Position numbers and translations under genes: made by a program | Origin: Candidatus Hydrogenedentota bacterium | GTDB lineage: Bacteria; Hydrogenedentota; Hydrogenedentia; Hydrogenedentales; GCA-2746185 | Length of the DNA: 12,586 bases | Direction of reading: 5' to 3' | Assembly (NCBI GenBank): GCA_046583315.1 | Contig: JAYGCN010000146.1 | Location: 1-12,586, forward strand | Notes under the pieces: generated by a model | The model's input: only the letters and a program-made list of their open reading frames with translations | Told to the model about the DNA's origin: nothing | Database searches by the model: none | Shown here: positions 1-7,073 of the stretch, one piece after another | Layout of the letters: every line of letters begins with the position of its first letter | Numbering within the stretch: position 1 is the stretch's first letter

Positions 1-33
1 TCGACGGGTACGAAGCACTTTTCCCAAAAAAAC

Positions 34-63
34 GCAGGAAATCAAGAGGCCGAGATTTCCTGC
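34..63. repeat. Perfect 10-bp inverted repeat (GCAGGAAATC-N10-GATTTCCTGC)
   Basis: Arms at 34-43 and 54-63 are exact reverse complements. It lies just left of the first att-like site. Function unknown (hairpin or protein-binding dyad). Confidence 0.6.
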
Positions 64-102
64 TACAAAACATATATACTCTTTATTTACAGGGTACAAA
101 GA

Positions 103-133
103 GTTAGGCTGAGTTTTTTGACCCTACGGGGAT
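103..133 (-). repeat. Direct repeat copy 1; putative att site resembling a tRNA 3' end
   Basis: GTTAGGCTGAGTTTTTTGACCCTACG (103-128) is identical to 2344-2369. The reverse complement of 119-133 is ATCCCCGTAGGGTCA, which parses as T-loop end (AT), T-stem 3' strand (CCCCG), acceptor 3' strand (TAGGGTC) and discriminator (A). Confidence 0.7.
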
Positions 134-278
134 AAGCTATCTGACCATTCCGCTCTTGTTCTTGATGTAGAGAATTTCGCCTAGGCACAATTCAGAAGAT
201 GAGTATTCTTGTTTGCGAACCTTTGCGGATACGATACCCGCATAGGTTTGAACTCGACCACATATCCAGCACTCACGA

Positions 279-1445
279 TTAAGGTCGACTAACAAACCCA
301 GTCCGAGATGGGTCATCAGCGCCGTGTGATAAAGGGCTTGCATCAGCGGTGCCTATAGTCACAGCTCCGTTGAGGGCATAGAGGGTCGCCGCCTGGTCGA
401 TAACCTGGTCGGTCGTGAAGGTTTCAGCAGAATCGCTGTCACCGGTATCGCCCTTAATATTGATTGTGCCACTCGCGTCCAGAACGCCAAGCGCTTCTCC
501 CACTGAGTTCCACGGTGTGCTCGTAGCACCGGTCTCGACTCCGGAATGCCCAAAATCGACGTACACCACATCCGTCGGTCCCGCTGTAATTTCTACCGTT
601 GCATAATCGATAAAAACGGGAAGATGGTCACTATGCGCCGCCTTAAATTCCTCACCTGTCTCCCCGTAATACTCCGGACGAATCACGAATGAAGTAGGAT
701 CCGTGAGTTGAGCTTTTGCCTCTTGGGTGGCATAAATAAAATCCAATTTCAAGTCGGGATAGATAGTAGTCTCATCCCCGTTTCGTTTCGGGACATCTGA
801 AAGATCTCCATCCGACACGATTCCATTGTGCGGCGGATCGGGAATGGCTCCATTGTAATCGCCCAACAAAATTATAGAGCGCGGCTCGTTCTGATCCGCG
901 AGAAGGTCATGTACGTAATCTGAGAGCCAGAAACCTTGCTCCTCTCGGTATGTAGAGTTTTGCCAGCTGCCGTGAATCCCTATAAGGCGAAAGGTAACAC
1001 TCGGATCGCCTACCGGAGAGAATACGGCCGTGACAGGCGAACGATAGAGAGCTTCATAGGGATAGACCACACCGTCGTGAGTAAATACGAAACTCCCGTT
1101 CGAAATATTCACTTTGCTCGTGTCATACAGCAGAGCGTTCTGTTGGCCAGCTTGAGTGAGTACTGCCCAAGGGTCACCTATGCGGTCACGAAGATCTTCT
1201 AGAGCGGCAATTTGATTCATCTCCTGAAGCGCCACGACCGCAGCTTCCGTACCAATAATACGCTGAGCCAATGCGTCAAGCTGTTCAGAAGTTCGGGCTG
1301 GTTCCCGAGAATTAAAAAACTCCAGATTCCACGCAACGACGCGCAGATGATCGGCCGCCGGTGAAAAGGGGAATGAAAAAGTTTCCGCGGCGGCGGGTAA
1401 CGTGAAAAGAAGAGCGACGATGATCGAGTGTAATTTCAGCTTCAA
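279..1445 (-). CDS. Secreted endonuclease/exonuclease/phosphatase (EEP, DNase I-like) family protein with a C-terminal accessory domain
   Basis: Signal peptide (MKLKLHSIIVALLFTLPAAA). EEP motifs VVAWNLE, VVALQEM, ILLGDYN, LDFIY and SDHLPV are all present. TTG start with GGAGG RBS (cctcc at 1451-1455) 5 nt upstream. Confidence 0.88.
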   Translation of the reverse strand: MKLKLHSIIVALLFTLPAAAETFSFPFSPAADHLRVVAWNLEFFNSREPARTSEQLDALAQRIIGTEAAVVALQEMNQIAALEDLRDRIGDPWAVLTQAGQQNALLYDTSKVNISNGSFVFTHDGVVYPYEALYRSPVTAVFSPVGDPSVTFRLIGIHGSWQNSTYREEQGFWLSDYVHDLLADQNEPRSIILLGDYNGAIPDPPHNGIVSDGDLSDVPKRNGDETTIYPDLKLDFIYATQEAKAQLTDPTSFVIRPEYYGETGEEFKAAHSDHLPVFIDYATVEITAGPTDVVYVDFGHSGVETGATSTPWNSVGEALGVLDASGTINIKGDTGDSDSAETFTTDQVIDQAATLYALNGAVTIGTADASPLSHGADDPSRTGFVSRP

Positions 1446-1564
1446 TTGAACCTCCGCGTATTGAAAAAGAATACCATGGAAAATCGGTTCACATCAATTC
1501 GCAACACAGCGGTTACGATCACGGCTCTCGGTTTCCTCCAGCATCTTAAGGTGAAGAATAAAAT

Positions 1565-1671
1565 ATGCGATTCTGTCTATCGACAATTCTGATTATTCAG
1601 TGCTTTTTCCGATTCCTATCTGTTCGCAAGAACCAACATGGAAAGATGTTGAGCGAATCGGCGCTCCAAAA
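1565..1671 (+). pseudogene. Possible degraded 5' end of an exported protein gene (metallophosphoesterase-like?) cut by the IS end
   Basis: ATG at 1565 follows AAGGTGA. MRFCLSTILIIQCFF is signal-peptide-like, and after a frameshift the sequence reads PIPICSQEPTWKDVERIGA. It stops at the IS3 terminal repeat. The resemblance is short and recognised by eye only. Confidence 0.25.
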
Positions 1672-1903
1672 TGGTCCGCCCCCGTTGATGGTACCAGTTG
1701 TTAAGTTAGTATAGGGTTGAGTTTTTTGTTTGAAAAGTTCTTTCTTGGGATGATGGTTTCGGGTGCTGGCGGTCGACCTCCTAAGGCACTGTGAGGGCGC
1801 ACGGTATTGTAGTGGAAGCGCTATCGTTCGATGAGTACTTTGGGCTTCGAGCAGGGTTTCGAAGATTTCTCCGTTGAGGAGTTCGTCGCGCAGTCTTGCG
1901 TTA
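1672..1903 (-). mobile_element. IS3-family remnant: right inverted repeat plus decayed C-terminus of the OrfB transposase
   Basis: The minus strand translates as NARLRDELLNGEIFETLLEA/(frameshift)KVLIER*RFHYNTVRPHSALGGRPPAPETIIPRKNFSNKKLNPILT*, a typical IS3 integrase-core tail with one frameshift and a TAG where Trp is expected. The terminus TGGTCCGCCCCC at 1672 resembles the IS end at 12208. Confidence 0.9.
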
Positions 1904-2074
1904 AGCGATACGATATCTCAAGCAGAAGAAGAAACCAGAGAAGAGCCTCTCGCTGCAGGAGCGAATGCTAATGCGTAGCCCTGCGCTTCGCACGTAATCA
2001 TCCGGAGTAATATTCTTGATGTTGCGGCCCCAATGATTGCCTATCGAGCAATGTGTTATTGAAGGACGCTCTCA

Positions 2075-2158
2075 CTTCCCTGTTAATGAATTTAATTTCC
2101 CTGTTCACAAAAATAAATTCCCTGATACCCTATCCGAAATTCCCTGCTAATTTTGAGG
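2075..2158 (+). repeat. Phased TTCCCTG direct-repeat array (4 copies)
   Basis: TTCCCTG starts at 2076, 2097, 2118 and 2140 (spacings 21, 21, 22 bp), with AT-rich linkers. Confidence 0.85.
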
Positions 2159-2343
2159 CCAAAAACCTCTCAACGATACGAATTGCCCCTAAGCACAGGT
2201 AAGGGTGTTTTTATTATGGCCGGAGATTTTTGACCAATATTGACAGGCCATTTTCGAGTTTTGGCCAAACTATAGATTTGTTGATAACATAGCCGAATTC
2301 ATCTCAAAATCAATTTAGACGCCCGGCTCGGTGCGCTTTCGAT

Positions 2344-2382
2344 GTTAGGCTGAGTTTTTTGACCCTACGTGGTCGCGAATCG
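2344..2382 (-). repeat. Direct repeat copy 2; putative att site resembling a tRNA 3' end
   Basis: 26/26 identical to 103-128. The minus strand reads GATTCGCGACCACGTAGGGTCA, in register with a generic GGTTCGAATCCCCGTAGGGTCA T-arm/acceptor end (17/22). Confidence 0.7.
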
Positions 2383-2473
2383 AGACACCGCCAAGCCTAT
2401 CCTATCGATTCAGCCGTTTCGGCTTAGACCCCTATCCGTTCTCACGGTTTCTGTATAACTAAGACTGTTTAGC

Positions 2474-3847
2474 TCAATTTTTACGAATGCGTTGGAGGTC
2501 AATCGCGTGAAAGTAGTCGACCTCATCAACGGTAAACTCGCTCATGAACAAACGGTAGGTGAGCGAATCCAGATCGACTTGGGCGCCATGCCGACGGCGC
2601 AAGACATCGATTTCGTCTGGTTTGGGCCCGCCTCTGATGATTTCATGAATGATGCGGCCGGTCATTGATTCCGGAGGATCTACGCCCATCAAATAACACA
2701 ACGTTGGGCCGAGATCAGAATTGGATGATGGTACGGTACTGCGGAGTCCGAATTTGATGTTGGGGCCAACCGCGATCAGGGGAATGTGTAAAGCCTGCTC
2801 ACTCGACGTCGGGGCCGCCTGCAATGCGAGTTCAAAAAATATATCGGGAGAACGTTTGTGATCCATATAGACAGATTGGAAGGAAAGTACACCCTTCGCC
2901 TTTCCTTCGGGATGCGTACGCCGAATCTGCTGGGTGTAAATTGCCCCAACCCATTCCGTAACCTGAAGTCGTTCGACGATGCGACGAATTATTTCGAGGT
3001 TGCTCCCCTCAACATAAATACTGCTCCCATCCTTTACGAAGACATCGAGGGATTCGTGAGATTCCTTAAGTTTATGTTGGACAAACAGGTCTGTAACGCG
3101 GCGTGAATCGCCAGACGAAAACCGCTTATTACCGGATGATGTGATAAGTATATTGACAGCGACCTTGAGTTTTCGGTGTGCTTTCACTATTCGCCCTATG
3201 TGCGCATCGAGTTCGCGCAACTCTCGTAGTGATTCGTCGGTGCCACTCAACCAGAGAATAGTCATTGCCGAATTGAAATCGGTCTCAAGGTATTCATTGA
3301 CTGCCCACTTGTTCCGCTCTTCCACACCACTCAATTCGGACGGCGCGACATGTGCGTTCTCTGGATCGAGTAAATAGGCGATCCCGGAATCGGTCGCGCA
3401 AAACGCCTGGAACCGTTTGTTCGAAGCTGCCGCAATTGCCCCCAAGCGCGGAGCGGTCAAGAGGTCTTCCTTCGACTCGGTCTCAAATCTTCTAAGGTCT
3501 GATGCGCTTGTCACGTCGAATCCGCGGGTGTGGCGGCGCTCGGCGTCTACTAGTGTGTTGCCTAATATTCCATGCCCTGTCGGGTTACTCCCTGTAATTA
3601 TCGAAGCAACGTTAGCCGATGGTGACGTTGGAAATACCGCATGGTGATCCTCGAGAGATACCCCTTTCTTCGACAACTTGTATAGGTTGGGCATCGCCGA
3701 ACGCGTCACATGTTCATGGCGCAAACCCTCAACGACCACGACGAGAGTAGGCGGGTTTGTCTGTGCCTGGACATGACTCAGCGGGTAGAACAGGATGGCA
3801 AGTAGGAGTAAACGAGTTGCGAAATACACAGATTTTCTCATGCGCAT
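2474..3847 (-). CDS. Secreted alkaline phosphatase superfamily (nucleotide pyrophosphatase/phosphodiesterase-like) protein with a degenerate active site
   Basis: Signal peptide. LVVVVEGLR…MPNLYKLSKKG…HHAVFPTSPSANVASIITGSNPTGHGILGN matches the NPP N-terminus, and IPLIAVGP…SSNSDLGPTLCYLMGV…MTGRII matches the C-terminal signature. Confidence 0.82.
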   Translation of the reverse strand: MRMRKSVYFATRLLLLAILFYPLSHVQAQTNPPTLVVVVEGLRHEHVTRSAMPNLYKLSKKGVSLEDHHAVFPTSPSANVASIITGSNPTGHGILGNTLVDAERRHTRGFDVTSASDLRRFETESKEDLLTAPRLGAIAAASNKRFQAFCATDSGIAYLLDPENAHVAPSELSGVEERNKWAVNEYLETDFNSAMTILWLSGTDESLRELRELDAHIGRIVKAHRKLKVAVNILITSSGNKRFSSGDSRRVTDLFVQHKLKESHESLDVFVKDGSSIYVEGSNLEIIRRIVERLQVTEWVGAIYTQQIRRTHPEGKAKGVLSFQSVYMDHKRSPDIFFELALQAAPTSSEQALHIPLIAVGPNIKFGLRSTVPSSNSDLGPTLCYLMGVDPPESMTGRIIHEIIRGGPKPDEIDVLRRRHGAQVDLDSLTYRLFMSEFTVDEVDYFHAIDLQRIRKN

Positions 3848-3865
3848 GTGGGATACCCCGCCTCG

Positions 3866-4306
3866 TTACTCTGCAGAGGGTTGATTTGTCTTCACCATCT
3901 TAAAGGTGCCGTCGATAAACTGGCTCGTGTACGACCCATCGAATGTCTCGCCGCGTATTGTTCCGTTCCAGTCAAACACTCCGCCACTGGTCTTGCCCAG
4001 ATCGACGGAACCCGTAAATACGATGGATTCACCTTCCGTCTTTCCGATTAATTCGACCTCGTATTCACCCATGCCGCCGAAGGTTGCGAAAAACAACGCG
4101 TCCCAGGTGCCGTTGTCGGAGGGACTAATCGTGCAGTTCAGTTCGCCGAGTGCTTTATCGGGATTGGGTCCATACCAATGTCCAGCGTAGTATCCTATCG
4201 CCTGGACATTTTGATTCGTTGATCCCAGGTGAGCACATCCCGTCGCGAATACGACAAGCAACGCAAGAATGGAAGCTTTCGCATAATTTACAATAATTTG
4301 AGACAC
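3866..4306 (-). CDS. Hypothetical lipoprotein, probably beta-rich
   Basis: Lipobox-like LLVVFATG-C, followed by Gly/aromatic beta-strand patterns (YAGHWYG, FTGSVDLG, FDGSY, GTFKM). GGAG lies upstream of the GTG start. It ends 18 bp before the next gene, so the two are probably co-transcribed. Confidence 0.75.
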   Translation of the reverse strand: MSQIIVNYAKASILALLVVFATGCAHLGSTNQNVQAIGYYAGHWYGPNPDKALGELNCTISPSDNGTWDALFFATFGGMGEYEVELIGKTEGESIVFTGSVDLGKTSGGVFDWNGTIRGETFDGSYTSQFIDGTFKMVKTNQPSAE

Positions 4307-4459
4307 AATGTCATATCTCCATGGGTGGTGGTCTTAGCGGAAGCGGTATACGTCGTGCCTCTTGACGAACCGTCGTTCAAGGTTTTTCCTGTTGCGCAAA
4401 TATCGCCGAAGTAACAAAAAGAGGGTAACACAAATTGATCGAAATTCTCACCCAATACC

Positions 4460-4617
4460 CTTCCCTGTTATTGGATTCGAATTCCCTGTTAAATTCAAGG
4501 AGTGGATAGCCCAAATCCAACTAATAGCCAGCAACCACGGGTGTATTCACGCACATTAATTGAAAACTAAGCCTAAAACACGTGAAATTCCCTGATGATT
4601 CCCCCGTTAGCAGGGAT
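4460..4617 (+). repeat. Second TTCCCTG repeat cluster
   Basis: TTCCCTG at 4461 and 4482 (21 bp apart) and at 4588, a variant TTCCCCC at 4599 and an inverted CAGGGA at 4611. Region 4460-4490 matches 2075-2105 at 26/31 positions. Confidence 0.8.
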
Positions 4618-4700
4618 ACCCGGTGTGAAATATTGGAGCACGTGGGTCAGTCACAGGTGCTCCTGTGAATAAGCTGTAAACAAGGAATTCAAAAGTTCAT

Positions 4701-4722
4701 CTGTGTTTTTTTGACCCTACGG
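4701..4722 (-). repeat. Direct repeat copy 3 (diverged); putative att site
   Basis: CTGTGTTTTTTTGACCCTACGG versus CTGAGTTTTTTGACCCTACGG in copy 1: one substitution and one extra T. Confidence 0.65.
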
Positions 4723-5012
4723 CTAGGTTAAGAGCCGCCGTCTTGTTCTCGAGATGTAATCAGCCGCCGAAAGGTGTAGCGTCTCGTATCGGACGAGTAT
4801 TAGGAAGTTCGCATCTCGCTTTGCCTAGCGGATTCTATAGAAGCGGCAGGTGAGCTCGCACCGCTACGTGGTCGCTTCCTGCTGCGATGCTTTCGTCGTG
4901 AAAATGTTCGGCGTTGAATACTCCTAGCGAGCATCATTACAGTTGAGGCTGCTCTGCTCGGATGGACGTGGGTGGAACCATTCGGGAAACTACTACGGAA
5001 AGGGTTACGACC

Positions 5013-5363
5013 ATGCACCGTCTTAGGAGTCATTGTCGAATTCGGCCAGTTGCACTGAACCTGGTCTTTGCAACCTGGTTACTCGGTTTGACCGCGGCAG
5101 CTAGCGCACAATCGGAGTCCTCTTTCGACATCGTGCTTCAAGGAGGCAGAGTCATGGATCCGGAGACGGGTCTGGACGCCCAGCGAAATGTCGGAATCCG
5201 AGGCGATCGAATCGTCGAAATCAGCGAACGACCGCTGGACGGTATCGAAACGATCGATGTTCGTGGACTCGTTGTCGCGCCGGGGTTCATCGACTTGCAT
5301 GTACACGGGATGACGAATACCTCGAACAAGTACCAGGTGATGGATGATCGCCCCAGAGATTGA
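5013..5363 (+). pseudogene. Truncated amidohydrolase (D-aminoacylase/D-glutamate deacylase-like), N-terminal fragment
   Basis: Signal peptide, then FDIVLQGGRVMDPETGLDAQRNVGIRGDRIVEIS…IDVRGLVVAPGFIDLHVHG (HxH motif). It stops about 15 residues later, without the TIM barrel. Likely start is ATG at 5013. Confidence 0.85.
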
Positions 5364-5505
5364 GTAGTTCCAACCCGTCAATTTTGCTCAGGACATTACC
5401 GGGGCTGTAACCAGTCAACCCAACTGGATCCTGGGCTCTGATGCTTTTGGCAAGCGCTGTCGATGCGGCAAGCGCCATGAATGACCGTCTAGTGAGAGTT
5501 TTCAT
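5287..5505 (-). pseudogene. 5' fragment of a Tat-exported protein
   Basis: MKTLTRRSFMALAASTALAKSIRA is a clear twin-arginine signal (TRRSF). After about 53 codons the frame runs into the antisense strand of the amidohydrolase fragment. Confidence 0.65.
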
Positions 5506-5604
5506 TAATAATTATTCCTGATTCACAAAACTTAATGACAAATGGCAGAACGCTGATAATTGAATCGTGCCACAACTCTATACTAAAGTGGCGGTTTCAT
5601 TAAA

Positions 5605-7056
5605 GTGACGAATAGAAGGATCAGGGACGTGAAGACAAGTACAATTATTTTCGTTGGTGGATTGATACTGCTGAACATCGTCCTTCAGCTACAGTCGGCT
5701 CACGCGGCCGAAGCTCCACAAAAACCCAATATCATTCTGATCATGACCGACGACCAGGGATGGGGACAGATGGGCTACTACAGCCATCCCGTTCTTAAAA
5801 CGCCCAATCTCGATGCTATGGCCGCGAACGGGCTTCGCTTTGACCGGTTTTATGCTGGTGCGCCGAATTGTTCGCCCACGCGTGCAACAGTATTGACGGG
5901 TCGATCCAATGATCGTACGGGCGTTCTTAGTCACGGCTATCCACTTCGACTTCAAGAGAAAACACTGCCCCAAGCGCTGCAAAAGGCCGGCTACGCGACA
6001 GGCCATTTCGGCAAATGGCACTTGAATGGGTTCTCGGGTCCGGGCGTGCCGGTTTTGAAGGACGACCCGCGCGGCCCCGGCGTTTTCGGATTCGACGAAT
6101 GGCTTTCCGTGACCAATTACTTCGAGATCAATCCGCTTATGAGCCGCAACGGAACCTTCGAAGAATGCAAGGGTGATTCTTCCGAGGTGGTCGTCGCCGA
6201 GGCGCTTGAATTCATTGGTCGGCAAGCCAAATCAGACAAGCCGTCTTTTACGGTTATTTGGTATGGCTCGCCCCATAGCCCGTTCAGGGCTTCCGACGTG
6301 GACAACAAGCCGTTTCAGGATCTGGATGAAGAGTCCCGGAACCATTACGGCGAGCTTGTGGCCATGGACCGCAGCATCGGCGTACTCCGAAAGGGCCTGC
6401 GTGATCTCGGGGTCGCGGACAACACCCTGGTTTGGTTCAATAGTGACAACGGCGGGTTACAGAAGGTTTCACCCGATACGGTCGGCGGTCTTCGCGGCCA
6501 TAAGAACTCGGTATATGAAGGTGGATTACGTGTGCCGTGCGTGGTGGAGTGGCCCTCTGTAATCACTCGACCGCGCGTCACCGCGTACCCCGCGGCCACC
6601 ATGGACCTGTTTCCCACTATCGCCGAAATCGTCGGGCTTCCCGAATCGGCCATGTCGGACATGCGCGACGGAATGAGCATCCGGCCGTTGTTTGACGACG
6701 AGATCGGTTCCAGGAGCAAGCCGATACCATTTCGGCATACCGGACGCGCCGCGCTAATTGACAACGATTTCAAACTCGTGTCGCTGGATTACGCAGGCGG
6801 AGAATTTCAACTCTACAACCTGGCCGACGACCCCGGGGAAACCACCGACATTATTGATCGACATCCGGAAATAGTCGAAGACATGGTGACTTACTTTGAA
6901 CACTGGAATGCAAGCGTCGACGCGAGTGCCGCGGGTGAGGACTATGCCGAACCTTTCGATTCCGAAAATGAACCGAAGCGCAGACGATGGTCCGATTCGG
7001 AGGAATACGCGCCCTACCTTGAGCAATTCCGACGATACCGAGAACTACACCAATGA
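5605..7056 (+). CDS. Secreted Cys-type (formylglycine-dependent, S1) sulfatase, arylsulfatase-like
   Basis: PNIILIMTDDQG, CSPTRATVLTGR (CxPxR), FGKWHL, SDNG and LRGHKNSVYEGGLRVP motifs, plus a signal peptide. The real start may be GTG at 5629 (AGGGA upstream). Confidence 0.95.
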   Translation: MTNRRIRDVKTSTIIFVGGLILLNIVLQLQSAHAAEAPQKPNIILIMTDDQGWGQMGYYSHPVLKTPNLDAMAANGLRFDRFYAGAPNCSPTRATVLTGRSNDRTGVLSHGYPLRLQEKTLPQALQKAGYATGHFGKWHLNGFSGPGVPVLKDDPRGPGVFGFDEWLSVTNYFEINPLMSRNGTFEECKGDSSEVVVAEALEFIGRQAKSDKPSFTVIWYGSPHSPFRASDVDNKPFQDLDEESRNHYGELVAMDRSIGVLRKGLRDLGVADNTLVWFNSDNGGLQKVSPDTVGGLRGHKNSVYEGGLRVPCVVEWPSVITRPRVTAYPAATMDLFPTIAEIVGLPESAMSDMRDGMSIRPLFDDEIGSRSKPIPFRHTGRAALIDNDFKLVSLDYAGGEFQLYNLADDPGETTDIIDRHPEIVEDMVTYFEHWNASVDASAAGEDYAEPFDSENEPKRRRWSDSEEYAPYLEQFRRYRELHQ

Positions 7057-7073
7057 AGGGGCTGAAAATCAGG

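Noticed and set aside
1713..1729. AGGGTTGAGTTTTTTG resembles the att-like repeat
   Set aside because: It lacks the ACCCTACG core and lies within the coding tail (KKLNP) of the IS3 transposase remnant, so it is probably chance.
1904..2074. Short protein-like frames (e.g. YLKQKKKPEKSLSLQERMLMRSPALRT* on the + strand)
   Set aside because: They may be gene debris, but I cannot recognise a family or establish a strand.
2076..2146. CRISPR array or plasmid origin
   Set aside because: The repeats are only 7-10 bp with ~12-14 bp linkers, far too short for CRISPR. No cas or rep gene and no clear DnaA boxes are visible.
103..2350. GTTAGGC at 103 and 2344 matches the integron core site GTTRRRY
   Set aside because: No convincing paired R''/L''/L'/R' attC palindrome surrounds either copy. 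The conserved sequence lies outside where an attC would be, copy 3 lacks GTTAGGC, and no intI is present.
2401..2409. CCTATCGAT resembles an IS91-type oriIS end
   Set aside because: The match is too short, the upstream consensus is missing, and there is no HUH/Y2 transposase in the window.
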